NCBI GenBank assembly: GCA_010909165.1
Contig: MU008168.1
Span: forward strand, 1,178,001-1,242,000
Direction of reading: 5' to 3'
Origin: Anthoceros angustus
Lineage: Eukaryota; Plantae; Anthocerotophyta
DNA length: 64,000 nt
Positions 1-13,900 of the stretch are shown piece by piece. A program made the position numbers and the translations under genes. How positions within the stretch are numbered: the first letter of the stretch is position 1; every line of letters starts with the position of its first letter. Below the pieces are notes generated by a model, which had not been told where the DNA came from, made no database searches, and worked only from the letters and a program-made list of their open reading frames with translations.

Positions 1-1088
1 GCCCGTCCCTGTCATGGACCCATGCTGCTTCTGGGACTTCCATCTTCATAGAAATGACTGTGCTTATGGAGTGCACCTGAGCTGAACGTAGAAACACAAT
101 TAGAACCTTTTGATCTGCGTCACATTCTACCAACCCAATCACAATGACGGGCAGCTGAAGAGCAACCTCCTCAAATCTAGCAATTTGAGGTGCAGTTACC
201 AGGACCTTCCAGTCGTGCTAACGACTGGTAACATACATAGTGCATCAGACTTTGACACATACAGAATCTCGTAGGGCACGACGGTTACCCCTTTATCAGT
301 TCGGCTGCTGCGTGCCCATCCAAGTCTGTGAAGATTCCCAAAGTTACTAGCAAGCATTCCATGAGCCGCCAATATGGCTTTCTCCAGCTCTGCTTCAACG
401 GCTGCAAGAATACAGACCGGAGAAAATGTGACAACCTGCATAATACTAGCAGCAGCTCAGCCATTGTAGCTTGGACAGAAGCTACTTACTGGGGACTCCT
501 GTAGACCGTTGCAACTGCAGTCCTGCAAAAACCCGAGTGACTTCAGGACAACCGCATACTTTCCTCTCAAGCATGATACCCAAATGTCGATCATTTGCTA
601 ATCTATTTGGGCTCATCCTTCTACCAACCTTTGTACTCGGTTCCAACATAGCCAACCCAGAAGCAAACCTTCTTCTTCACCCTCCCATCACCAGGAGCAG
701 TAGCAGGCGGTTCCAGCAGCCCGTCACTTCCCTCCACCACAGGGCAAAGCTCAACTGAAGTTCTTTCTGCCATCCTCCATGAAGTCCTCCTACAAGAGTG
801 ACCTGATCCACCCTTACTCTCCAACAGTCCCAGAAATTTTCCTCTGGTGAATGCTCGAGAGCTTACTTTTCCTGCATACATGACAGAAAGACAGATGATC
901 ACCACATTCCGCCTCTATGACTCAACAGGATGCACACCCACGACATAAGGTGGACAACATGATAGGATGTACGCCATCACTCACTCACTTGAGTCACATT
1001 GCCCGTGTCCCTTGGCCAGAGTATGGAAAGAGGGCGGCACCAGGGTGCAGAGCTTGCAGCTGCTCCACCACACTGCGCTGCTACGCAT
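1..1088 (-). CDS. tRNA pseudouridine synthase (TruA/PUS1 family, At2g30320-like), copy 1, 5' part only (continues beyond window start)
   Basis: Spliced exons give MRSSAVWW..(ATG 1088), [28 protein letters not shown] (490-522), [19 protein letters not shown] (289-401) and [15 protein letters not shown] (<=76). RTDKGVH is the TruA catalytic-Asp motif. GT-AG junctions read by eye. Confidence 0.88.
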
Positions 1089-1894
1089 GGCACCCGAATG
1101 CTTCAAAATTTGGCCTCACAGCTCACAGTGTGCCAAATACAGCCTTGTCTCAAGTCCTGTTTGGCAGGACGGCGGATTTCCTCTACATATATGTATTAGG
1201 TTTCATAAATTTCACACTGATAATATAAAATGGAATCAAGTCGATGCTTAGTGTTTTCTGCTCGCTGTTTTCGCTTGGTGTTCTCCATATTAGGAGTTGT
1301 TTGGAGAAGAACCTTAAGCATTTTGCGCTTCGATTGGCACTTGGATGGGGTGTTTAGAAGGGAGTGGATGCCCTTGGTGCTAGTAATTTAGGTACGCCAT
1401 GTTATAAATTGTTAAGTACTAAGTCCCATGTCAAAAAAATTTATCCAAGAGGACAATAATGGACTTCTTCTTCTTAATCACTTCAGGAGAAGTTAGAAGC
1501 ATAGGTAATAGAGAGAATTTAAATGTAAGGTTGAGATTAAGCTAATTATTATCTAGCACGTAAGATCGTCGTTTATTTAATACCATATAGGTAGTGGAGA
1601 GCTTTTGATTTGGAAAGCCTTACATCTATGACACCATATAACTAGAGAAAGTTATTGATTCAAAAAGCCCAGATGTAAGGAACAATTATGCAATAAAGAA
1701 AGTTGTTGGTACGATTTAAAAAGTCTAGACACAATGTCAAGTTGACTATTTCTCCATTCCACACCACACAATGATAGATGTTCTATCATGTAATATTATT
1801 AATATATTATTTTATATAAAGATAAAGTTGTGAATCCTCTTCTCTCAAGCATGGAGCTCCCCTAGCCTAATGGAAAGCATCTTACTTCTAATAA

Positions 1895-2618
1895 GGGGAT
1901 TGCGGGTTCGAATCTCAGCGTTAGGGGATTGCGAGTTTGAATCCCGCTGAGAGAAATCTAGTAACTTGTTGCATTGCATCATTTGAGTTCCTGCCAAGAA
2001 ACATGAAAATATGGGTTCCTATGATCTGAGGATCATCCCGCCGAGAGTACTCTGGCAACTTGTTTCATTGCATCGTCTAGCAACTTGTTCCATTGCATCG
2101 TTTGAGTTCGTGCAGGAAACATGAGTTCATGGAGGAAACTTCAGATAGTAAACATGGGCTCATCCCGCCAAGAGTACTCTGGCAACGTGTTCCATGGGCA
2201 AACTATGAGTTCATGGAGGAAACTTAAGATAGTAAACATGGGGCTCATCCCGCCAAGAGTACTCTGGCAACGTGTTCCATTGGCAAACATGAGTTCATGC
2301 AGGAAACTTCAGATAGTAAACATGGGGCTCATCCCGCCGAGAGTACTCTGGCAACGTGCATCGTTTGAGTTCGTGCAGGAAACATGAGTTCATGGAGGAA
2401 ACATGGGTTCCCGCCGAGAGCTCATGGAGGAAACTTCAGATACTAAACATGGGGCTCATCCCGCTGAGAGTACGGAGGAAACATGGGTTGCCGCCGAGAA
2501 CTCATGGAGGAAACTTCAGATAGTAAACATGGGGCTCACCCCGCCGAGAGTACTCTGGCAACGTGTTCCATTGCATCGTTTCAGTTCGTGTAGGAAACAT
2601 GAGTTCATGGAGGAAACT
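1895..2618. repeat. Degenerate ~100-bp tandem satellite, copy R1
   Basis: Repeated blocks ttgcatcgtttgagttcgtgcaggaaacatgagttcatggaggaaacttcagatagtaaacatggggctcatcccgccgagagtactctggcaac. Near-identical array at 23,685-24,404 and a diverged one at 41,440-42,295. Confidence 0.9.
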
Positions 2619-4331
2619 TGTGCCCGCGCAGAAGATCTGACATCAGGCAGACAGGTCCATTCCGATGTCCTGAGTAGTGTGCTTAACCCTGATGTATTTG
2701 TCGGGAGCTGCCTGGTGGAAATGTATGCAAGATGTGGGAGGTTGGATGATGCTCGTACAATCTTTGACAAGTTGGACTCGAGAAATGTGGTCACATGGAA
2801 TACGCTGCTTGGAGGGTATGCTGAGGGTGGGCGTGGGCAAGAAGCCCTTGCGCTCTATGCAAGTATGCAAGAGGAGGGAATCACTCTGCCTGACCATGTC
2901 ACGTTTTTGTGCCTCCTCAAAGCATGTGGGTGGTAGCAGTGGAACACTACACCAGGGAATGCGGCTTCATTCACAAATACAGGAAGCAGGTCTAGGGCAT
3001 TGGAGCAGGGAAGTCAGCTACATGACCAGTTTCAGGAGATGGGGCTGCAAGTTGACGTGGTCATTTCGAGCTGCCTGGTGGACATATATGCAAACTGTGG
3101 GAGCTTAGAGGATGCCCGCAGGGTGTTTGACGAGTCAGCCACAAGAGATGTCGTGACTTGGACTGCCATGCTCACTGCGTACGAGGAGCATGGTCTAGCC
3201 AAGAAGCGCTGTCTCTGTATGTGGTTGTGGGCAGCTGCCTAGTGGACATGTATGCGAAATGTGGGTGCTTGGATGATGCTCGGAGCGTGTTCTACACTCT
3301 GGATACCAGAGCCATCCTGACATGGAATGTGATGTTTGCAGGATATGTCTTGCACGGGCTGGGGCAGGAGGCCCTTGATCTCTATGCCGTCATGCATCAC
3401 CGTGGAATCACGGCCGCTGATCATGTTACATTCGCCCGTCTTCTAAAGGCATGTGCTCGCATGGGAGCATTGCACACGGGGCACCAGCTCCATGCTCAGG
3501 TTCGAGAGAGATGTTTGAAAGCGGATGTGGTTGTGGGCAGCTGCCTGGTGAACATGTATGCAAAATGCGGAGCTTGGACTGAGCCTGCAGAGTGTTTGAA
3601 AGCCTGCCCACAAAGAACGAGGTGACATGGAGTGCGGTAGTTCTTGCAGCGTATGGTCAGCACAGGATGGGTCAGGAAGCTCTCATGTGCTACGACAAAA
3701 TGGTGATGGCAGGCGTCCAGGCGAATGAAGTCCCGTTCCTTTCAATTCTCTCTGCCTGCAGTCATGCTGGCCTGGTGTGGGAAGGTCTGCAGTACTTCAA
3801 ATCCATGGACAGATATCACGGCATAGCTCCCAGAGCTGAGCACTATGCCTGTATGATACATCTCCTGGGACGTGCCGGACGCTTCACAGTGGTAGAAGAG
3901 CTCTTGTCAAGTATGCCGATGCAGCCTACTCTTTCCTTTCCATGTTAATGTCTCTGCTGGGCTTCCTGCAGGAAGCACAGTAATGTATCTCTCGCGGAGA
4001 ACAAGTCTTCGATCTGGCAGTGCGTCTGCAGCCCACAAATGCCGCAGCATACATGTTGATGTCATAGATGTACGCTGATGCGGGCCTTCCAGAGGACGCC
4101 CATAGGGTGGACAAGCGCAGGAAGACGGAAAGTGCTGCGTGGAAAGAGCCAGGCTGGAGCTGGATAGCGCATGACGAGGAAGTGCACACCTTTCTGGCGG
4201 GCCGCGTCCAGAACTCACAGCATAGTCAAGTGTATGACATGTTAGCCGAGGTAACCTGTAAGCAGGAGGCAGCACAGGCAGAACAGAGCGTGTGCTCGGT
4301 ATCCTCATCTCTGTCCGAGGGTCCCTCATGA
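2619..4331 (+). pseudogene. PLS-class PPR gene with E/E+ tail, 5'-truncated pseudogene (copy A)
   Basis: PPR motifs VFVGSCLVEMYARCGRLDDARTIFD, VVTWTAMLTAY, FLSILSACSHAGLVWEG and PRAEHYACMIHLLGRAG, plus E+ KEPGWSWIAHDEEVHTF. Frameshifts and an in-frame TAG (atgtcatagatg, ~4066) are shared with copy B. Confidence 0.88.
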
Positions 4332-4958
4332 TGCGTCCCTCTGCCCTCTACCACGTGCAGGTCTTGAGAAATGGATGGTGTGCATTGCTTCTGGGAAGCT
4401 ACGTGTATCCACGACTTGCTCCGAAGACAGAAGACAGCTCACCTTGGGAGCAGCATCAGGTGGCACAGGAATATACCTGTTCTGTTGTACATAGCAGTCT
4501 TGGTGAGATGAAAGAGCATTGCTTGACGTGGTGAAACACGAACCCAGCAAACAGTGTACGGATTGGGGCTGGACATCTCGCCTCCTCGAAACTATGGAAA
4601 CTGTCAGGAGTCGGTCTCATCCGATTCCTTTCATGAAAGGGCCATCTTCAAGGACGAAAGAGAGAGAGTGCAGCGCTCCTGTAGTCCAAAATGTAGTCCG
4701 AAACCACTGGTGTCAGGAATGCCTCGTCGTGCAAAGTCTACAGTGTAGACAGCTTTGTAACAAGTATGTAGCTAGAGAGGCGCCTTTGCAGGCGTGCAGA
4801 AGTCGGAGGCGTGCAGTGCACGCTTCTCCGCGCCGCTGGCCAGCACTGGCCCAGGAGGAGTGGATTCCACTCTCTCTGGAGTGGGACGCCCTTGGTTCTG
4901 CTTGCCTTCTTTTGCTAGTCCTCCTCACAGGGTGAGACGTTGTTGTGAAGGTTGGGCT

Positions 4959-7900
4959 ATGACGGATCCATCTCTTCCTCCCGGCGCCGCGCCGGTGGAC
5001 CTGCTCCACAGCCTCGAGTCCCGCTCGCCGCACCTGCGTGCTTTGCTTGCAGACCTGGAGTCCTACTCGCGACAGCCGTCGGAACTGCCGTCTGTTGATT
5101 CGTGGGGAAGCTACTTCAATTGCGACTGCGAGGACGGGGAATGTCACCACCGCGAGGAATGGCACTGGGAGGTGCGCTTGCGTCTACTCACAGCTATGGG
5201 CAGATGCCGGTCGCTCACGACAATTCGACTGAATCCTCGGCGGACGATGGGTCACAGCGTGAGGCAGAACGAGGCGGTGGCGCTCTTATCAGGCTTGCAA
5301 CACAACTTTGGGCTGACGGAGCTGGATCTGTATGGCTACAAGGGTTTTGGGACGGCAGCAGCCTGCCTGCAGTTGAGTGCCATCATCGACAGAACTTCTT
5401 CCTCACTGCAATCCCTCGGTCTGCAATATGTGGGATTGAGTGCAGACGGCCTGGGTGCCATCGCTGCAGCCCTTGGACGCAATGCCAGCTCATCAGAGCT
5501 GTTCAGCTTATCTCTGTGTGGGAACGACATTGGGAATGCTGTCGGGGCGCAACACTTGGCCGACATCCTTACCAACTCGCCCAAGCTCCGCATCTCGATG
5601 AGCAACATAGGGATGGACGAGGAAGGAGCCGTGGTGATTGCACAGGCCCTGGCGCATACCACCACACTGGCCGAGCTCACAATCGGAGATCCTGCGCCCC
5701 GGAATCCAAACCAGCGCGCGCCCATGTTCCTCGTTCCACTGCTCCAAGCTTTGGTGTGGCACACCGTGGCGGATCCTCCAGCTGCTGTTTCTTGCAATTA
5801 CTCCATCAGTAAGCTTGTCCTTGGGTGTCCGGGAGGCCAGGAGGCTGTGGAGCCGGGGCTGGGAGAAGCCCTGGCTCGGGTGCTTCGCACCAACCGGGCT
5901 CTGAAAGACCTCAAACTATCCAGCTTCTTCGTCAAACGCGGATTGGGAGCTCTGTGCGAAAACAGCAGCATCACCAATCTCCTGGTGGCCCACTCGCCGC
6001 AGTCGGACGATGATGACATGGATCCCATGCTGACCACCATCCTGGATGAGTGCGAGACTGTTGAGCAGGTGCAGATCCAGTTTGACAAGCCCTTTGGTCC
6101 GTCCAGCTTCACCAAGGCGTTTTTCCAAGGGTTCCTGCAGAAAAACCGCAGCATCAAGAGGCTGGTGTTGGATGGCTGGGATGGGCTGGACGAGGAGATG
6201 TTTGAAGACCTGATTCAGTCCTTGTCCACCAACACCAACACCTCTCTCGGGCTTGAGCACATCTCCATCGAGGGCACCTCATGGGAAAAGCAAGGCAGGG
6301 CCGAACGTCTGCAGGAAGCGTTGAGAGATGCATTGCGAGTGCAGCCGGAGCTGGCTGCGTTGCTTGCAGACCTGGAGTCCCACTCGGCAGGGCGGTCCAG
6401 GTCGGGGTGGTTAGGTGTTGATTCGTGGGACGCGACTTCCCATGGAACTGGGAGGACCCTGTTGATTCGTGGGAAAGCTACTTCAATTGCGACTGCGAGG
6501 ACGGGGAATGTCACCACCGCGAGGAATGGCACTGGGAGGTGCGCCTGCTCACAGCTATGGGCAGATGCCGGTCGCTGAGGAAGATTCGACTGAATCCTCG
6601 GCGGAAGATGGGTCACAGCGTGAGGCAGGACGAGGCGGTGGCGCTCTTATCAGGCTTGCAATACAACTTTGGGCTGACGGTGCTGGATCTGTATGGCTAC
6701 AAGGGTTTTGGGACGGCAGCAGCCTGCCTGCAGTTGAGTGCCATCATCGACAGAACTTCTTCCTCACTGCAATTCCTCGGTCTGCAATATGTGGGATTGA
6801 GTGCAGACGGCCTGGGTGCCATCGCTGCAGCCCTTGGCTCATCAGAGCTGTTCAGCTTATCTCTGTGTGGGAACGACATTGGGAATGCTGTCGGGGCGCA
6901 ACACTTGGCCGACATCCTTACCAACTCGCCCAAGCTCCGCATACTCTCGATGAGCAACATAGGGATGGACGAGGAAGGAGCCGTGGTGATTGCACAGGCC
7001 CTGGCGCATACCACCACACTGGCTGGGCTTAGAATCGGAGATCCTGCGCCCCGGAATCCAAACCAGCGCGCGCCCATATTCGTCGTTCCACTTCTCCAAG
7101 CTTTGGTGTGGCAAACCCAGGCGGATCCTCCAGCTGCTGTTTCTGGCAATCACTCCATCACACGGCTTGACCTTGGGTGTCCGGGAGGCCAGGAGGCTGT
7201 GGAGCCGGGTCTGGGAGAAGCCCTGGCTCAGGTGCTTCGCACCAACCGGGCTCTGAAAGACCTCAAACTATCCAGCTTCTTCGTCACACGCGGATTGGGA
7301 GCTCTGCGGGAAAACAGCAGCATCACCGAACTCCTGGTGTTCACTCGCGGCAGTCGGAGGATGATGACATGGATCCCATCCTGACCACCATCCTGGATGA
7401 GTGCAAGACTGTTGAGGAGGTGCAGATCCGGTTTGACAAGCCCTTTGGTCCGTCCAGCTTCACCAAGGCGTTTTTCAAGGGTTGCTGCAGAAAACCGCAG
7501 CATCAAGAGGCTGGGGTTGGATGGCTGGGATGGGCTGGACGAGGAGATGTTTGAAGACCTGATTCAATCCCTGTCCACCAACACCAACAGGTATCTCAGG
7601 CTGGAACACATCTCCATCGAGCGCACCTCGTGGGAAAAGCAAGGCAGGGCCGAACGTCTGCAGATAGCGTTGAGAGATGCACTGCGAGTGCAGCCGGAGC
7701 TGGCTGCCTTGCTTGCAAACTTGGAGTCCGAGTCCAGGTCAGTGTTGATTCGTGGGACGCGACTTCCCATGGAACTGGGAGGACCCTGTTGATTCGTGGG
7801 AAAGCTACTTCAATTGCGACTGCGAGGACGGGGAATGTCACCACCGCGAGGAATGGCACTGGGAGGTGCGCTTGCGTCTGCTCACAGCTATGGGCAGATG

Positions 7901-10900
7901 CCGGTCGCTGAGGAAGATTCATCTGAATCCTCCGGCGGAGGAGGGTCACAGCGTGAGGCAGGACGAGGCGCTGGCGCTATCAGGCTTGCAACACAACTTG
8001 TGCTGGAGGAGCTGAATCTGTATGGCTACAAGGGTTTGGGACGGCAGCAGCCTGCCTGCAGTTGAGTGCCATCATCGACAGAACTTCTTCCTCACTGGAC
8101 TTCCTCGGTCTGCAACATCTGGGATTGAGTGCAGAAGGACTGGGTGCCATCGCTGCAGCCCTTGGACGCAATCAGAGCTGTCCAGATTGTCTCTGTGGGA
8201 ACGACATTGGGAATGCTGTCGGGGCGCAACACTTGGCCGACATCCTTACCAACTCGCCCAAGCTCCGCAATCTCTGGATGAGCAACATAGGCATGGACGA
8301 GGAAGGAGCCGTGGTGATTGCACAGGCCCTGGCGCATACCACCACACTGGCTGGGCTTAGAATCGGAGATCCTGCGCCCCGGAATCCAAACCAGCGCGCC
8401 CATGTTCCTCGTTCCATTGCTCCAAGCTTTGGTGTGGCAAACCCTGGCGGATCCTCCAGCTGCTGTTTCTGGCAATCACTCCATCACACGGCTTGTCCTT
8501 GGGTGTCCGGGAGGCCAGGAGGCTGTGGAGGGCTGGGAGAAGCCCTGGCTCAGGTGCTTCGCACCAACCGGGCTCTGAAAGACCTCAAACTATCCAGCTT
8601 CTTCGTCACACGCGGATTGGGAGCTCTGCGGGAAAACAGCAGCATCACCAAACTCCTGGTGTTTCACTCGCGGCAGTCGGAGGATGATGACATGGATCCC
8701 ATCCTGACCACCATCCTGGATGAGTGCAAGACTGTTGAGGAGGTGCAGATCCGGTTTGACAAGCCCTTTGGTCCGTCCAGCTTCACCAAGGCGTTTTTCA
8801 AGGGTTGCTGCAGAAAACCGCAGCATCAACAGGCTGGTGTTGGATGGCTGGGATGGGCTGGACGACGAGATGTTTGAAGACCTGATTCAATCCCTGTCCA
8901 CCAACACCAACAGGTATCTCAGGCTGGATCACATCTCCATCAAGGGCACCTCATGGGAAAAGCAAGGCAGGGGCGAACGTCTGCAGAAAGCGTTGGGAGC
9001 TGCGAGTGCAGCCCAGCTGCGTGCGTTGCTCGCAGACTTGGAGTCCGAGTCGCCAGTGCTGCAAGAACTCCCACGGAACTGGGAGGATCTGTTGATTGTG
9101 GGAAGCTATTTCAATTGCGACTGCGAGGACGGGGAATGTCACCACCGCGAGGAATGGCACTGGGAGGTGCGCTTGCGTCTGCTCACAGCTATCGGCAGAT
9201 GCCGGTCGCTGAGGAAGATTCATCTGAATCCTCGGAAGAGGGTCACAGCGTGAGGAGGACGAGGCGGTGGCGCTCTTATCAGGCTTGCAACACAACCTTG
9301 TGCTGGAGGAGCTGAATCTGTATGGCTACAAGGGGTTTGGGACGGCAGCAGCCTGCCTGCAGTTGAGTGCCATCATCGACAGAACTCATCGCTCACTGGA
9401 CCTCGGTCTGCAATATGTGGATTGAGTGCAGAAGGCCTGGGTGCCATCGCTGCAGCCCTTGGCTCAGCTCAGTGCTGTCCAGATTGTCTCTGTGTGGGAA
9501 CGACATTGGGAATGCTGTCGGGGCGCAACACTTGGCCGACATCCTTACCAACTCGCCCAAGCTCCGCAATCTCTGGATGAGCAACATAGGGATGGAAGGA
9601 GCCGTGGTGATTGCACAGGCCCTGGCGCATACCACCACACTGGCTGGGCTTAGAATCGGAGATCCTGCGCCCCGGAATCCAAACCAGCGCGCCCATGTTC
9701 CTCGTTCCATTGCTCCAAGCTTTGGTGTGGCAAACCCTGGCGGATCCTCCAGCTGCTGTTTCTGGCAATCACTCCATCACACGGCTTGTCCTTGGGTGTC
9801 CGGGAGGCCAGGAGGCTGTGGAGCTGGGCTGGGAGAAGCCCTGGCTCAGGTGCTTCGCACCAACCGGGCTCTGAAAGACCTCAAACTATCCAGCTTCTTC
9901 GTCACACGCGGATTGGGAGCTCTGCGGGAAAACAGCAGCATCACCAAACTCCTGGTGTTCACTCGCAGTCGGAGGATGATGACATGGATCCCATCCTGAC
10001 CACCATCCTGGATGAGTGCAAGACTGTTGAGGAGGTGCAGATCCGGTTTGACAAGCCCTTTGGTCCGTCCAGCTTCACCAAGGCGTTTTTCCAAGGGTTG
10101 CTGCAGAAAACCGCAGCATCAACAGGCTGGTGTTGGATGGCTGGGATGGGCTGGACGACGAGATGTTTGAAGACCTGATTCAATCCCTGTCCACCAACAC
10201 CAACACCCATCTCAGGCTGGATCACATCTCCATCAAGGGCACCTCATGGGAAAAGCAAGGCAGGGGCGAACGTCTGGAGAAAGCGTTGAGAGCTGCGCGA
10301 GTGCAGCCGCAGCTGCGTGCGTTGCAGACCTGGAGTCCCACTCGCCAGTGCTGCAAGAACTCCCATCTGTGGATTTGTGGGAAGCTACTTCAATTGCGAC
10401 TGCGAGGACGGGGAATGTCACCACCGCGAGGAATGGCACTGGGAGGTGCGCTTGCGTCTGCTCACAGCTATCGGCAGATGCCGGTCGCTCAGGAAGATTC
10501 ATCTGAATCCTGGGAGGAGGGTCACAGCGTGAGGAGGACGAGGCGCTGGCGCTGCTATCAGGCTTGCAACACAACCTTGTGCTGGAGGAGGATCTGTATG
10601 GCTACAAGGGGTTTGGGACGGCAGCCTGCCAGGCACTGATTGCCGTCATCGACAGAACTCATCGCTCACTGGAATCCTCGGTCTGCAATATGGGATTGAG
10701 TGCAGAAGGACTGCCATCGCTGCAGCCCTTGGACGCAATGCAGCTCATCAGTGCTGTCCAGATTGTCTCTGTGTGGGAACGACATCGGGAATGCTGTCGG
10801 GGCGCAACACTTGGCCGACATCCTTACCAACTCGCCCAAGCTCCGCAATCTGGATGAGCAACATAGGCATGGACGAGGAAGGAGCCGTGGTGATTGCACA

Positions 10901-13900
10901 GGCCCTGGCGCATACCACCACACTGGCTGGGCTTAGAATCGGAGATCCTGCGCCCCGGAATCCAAACCAGCCGCGCCCATGTTCCTCGTTCCATTGCTCC
11001 AAGCTTTGGTGTGGCACACCCTGGCGGATCCTCCAGCTGCTGTTTCTGGCAATCACTCCATCACACGGCTTGTCCTTGAGTGTCCGGGAGGCCAGGAGGC
11101 TGTGGAGGGCTGGGAGAAGCCCTGGCTCAGGTGCTTCGCACCAACCGGGCTCTGAAAGACCTCAGACTATCCAGCTTCTTCGTCACACGCGGATTGGGAG
11201 CTCTGCGGAAAACAGCAGCATCACCAAACTCCTGGTGTTTCACTCGCGGCAGTCGGAGGATGATGACATGGATCCCATCCTGACCACCATCCTGGATGAG
11301 TGCAAGACTGTTGAGGAGGTGCAGATCCGGTTTGACAAGCCCTTTGGTCCGTCCAGCTTCACCAAGGCGTTTTTCAAGGGTTGCTGCAGAAAACCGCAGC
11401 ATCAACAGGCTGGTGTTGGATGGCTGGGATGGCTGGACGACGAGATGTTTGAAGACCTGATTCAATCCCTGTCCACCAACACCAACACCCACCTCAGGCT
11501 GGATCACATCTCCATCAAGGGCACCTCATGGGAAAAGCAAGGCAGGGGCGAACGTCTGGAGAAAGCGTTGGGAGCTGCGCGAGTGCAGCCGCAGCTGCGT
11601 GCGTTGCTCGCAGACTTGGAGTCCGAGTCGCCAGTGCTGCAAGAACTCCCATCTGTGGATTTGTGGGAAGCTATTTCGATTGCCTTTGCCAGGAGGCCTA
11701 CAGGGAGTGTCCACCGGGGCAGTGGCAGTGGTACGTACGCCTGCGCCTGCTCACAGCTATCGGCAAATGCCGGTCGCTGAGGAAGATTCATCTGAATCCT
11801 CCGGGGAGGAGGGCACTTACAGCGTGAGGGAGGTAGAGGCGCTGGCTCTGCTATCAGGCTTGCAACACAACCTTGTGCTGGAGGAGCTGAATCTGTATAC
11901 AAGGGGTTTGGGACGGCAGCCTGCCTGCAGTTGAGTGCCATCGACAGAACTGCTATCTCACTGGACTTGCGGTCTGCAATATCTGGGATTGAGTGCAGAA
12001 GGACTGGGTGCCATCGCTGCAGCCCTTGGACGCAATGCCAGCTCATCAGTGCTGTCCAGATTGTCTCTGTGGGAACGACATCGGAATGCTGTCGCAACAC
12101 TTGGCCGACATCCTTACCAACTCGCCCAAGCTCCGCAATCTATGGATGAGCAACATAGGCATGGACGAGGAAGGAGCCGTGGTGATTGCACAGGCCCTGG
12201 CGCATACCACTACACTGGCTGGGCTTAGAATCGGAGATCCTGCGCCCGGAATCCAAACCAGCCCGCGCCCATGTTCCTCGTTCCATTGCTCCAAGCTTTG
12301 GTGTGGCACACCCTGGCGGATCCTCCAGCTGCTGTTTCTGGCAATCACTCCATCACACGGCTTGTCCTTGAGTGTCCGGGAGGCCAGGAGGCTGTGGAGC
12401 CGGGGCTGGGAGAAGCCCTGGCTCAGGTGCTTCGCACCAACCGGGCTCTGAAAGACCTCACACTATCCAGCTTCTTCGTCACACGCGGATTGGGAGCTCT
12501 GCGGAAAACAGCAGCATCACCAAACTCCTGGTGTTCCACTCGCGCAGTCGGAGGATGATGACATGGATCCCAACCTGACCGCCATCCTGGATGAGTGCAA
12601 GACTGTTGAGGAGGTGCAGATCCGGTTTGACAAGCCCTTTGGTCCGTCCAGCTTCACCAAGGCGTTTTTCAAGGGTTGCTGCAGAAAACCGCAGCATCAA
12701 CAGGCTGGTGTTGGATGGCTGGGATGGGCTGGACGACGAGATGTTTGAAGACCTGATTCAATCCACCAACACCAACACCTCAGGCTGGATCACATCTCCA
12801 TCAAGGGCACCTCATGGGAAAAGCAAGGCAGGGGCGAACGTCTGGAGACTTGGGAGCTGCGCGGTGCAGCCGCAGCTGCGTGCGTTGCTCGCAGACTTGG
12901 AGTCCGAGTCGCCAGTGCTGCAAGAACTCCCATCTGTGGATTTGTGGGAAGCTATTTCGATTGCCTTTGCCAGGAGGCCTACAGGAGTGTCAACACCGGG
13001 GCAGTGGCAGTGGTACGTACGCCTGCGCCTGCTCACAGCTATCGGCAAATGCCGGTCGCTGAGGAAGATTCATCTGAATCCTCCGGGAGGGGCACTTACA
13101 GCGTGAGGGAGGTAGAGGCGCTGCTATCAGGCTTGCAACACAACCTTGTGCTGGAGGAGCTGGGGCTGTTGGCTACGTGGGCTTTGGGACGGCACCCTGC
13201 CTGCAGGCATTGACTGGCGTCATGGAGAGATGCTATTTCTCATTGGACTTGCTGGGTCTGCAATATCTGGGATTGAGTGCAGAAGGACTGGGTGTCATCG
13301 CTGCAGCCCTTGGACGCAACCGCAGCTCAGTGCTGTCCAGATTGTCTCTTTGTGGGAACGACATCGGAATGCTGTCGGGGCGCAACATTTGGCCGACATC
13401 CTGAGGAATTCGATCGCCCTCCGCAATCTCTGGATGAGCAATATTGGCATGGATGAGGAAGGAGCCGTGCTGATTGCAGAGGCCCTGGCGAATACCACCA
13501 CCCTGCCGAGCTTCAGAATCGGAGATCCTGTGTTCATTGGTTCGATTCTCGAAGCTTTGGTGTGGCACACGCCTGGTGGATCCTCCAGCTGCTGTTTCTG
13601 GCAATCACTCCATCACACGGCTTGTTCTTGAGTGCCCAGGAGGCCAGCAGGCCGTGGAGCCGGACTGGGAGAAGCCCTGGCTGGGGCTTAGAATCGGAGA
13701 TCCTGCGCCCGGAATCCAAACCAGCCCGCGCCCATGTTCCTCGTTCCATTGCTCCAAGCTTTGGTGTGGCACACCCTGGCGGATCCTCCAGCTGCTGTTT
13801 CTGGCAATCACTCCATCACACGGCTTGTCCTTGAGTGTCCGGGAGGCCAGGAGGCTGTGGAGCCGGGGCTGGGAGAAGCCCTGGCTCAGGTGCTTCACCG

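Noticed and set aside
1895-1960. tRNA gene at GGTTCGAATC
   Set aside because: Only a T-loop-like motif; I could not build a cloverleaf or find an A-box.
1960-2618. CRISPR-like appearance of short recurring motifs
   Set aside because: The intervening sequence is itself repeated and degenerate, there are no unique spacers or cas genes, and the context is eukaryotic.
4794-4958. Upstream extension of the 594-aa ORF (and 26,309-26,746 in copy B)
   Set aside because: It begins at GTG/TTG, which are not normal eukaryotic starts. The ATGs at 4,959 and 26,747 mark the start of conserved-looking sequence.
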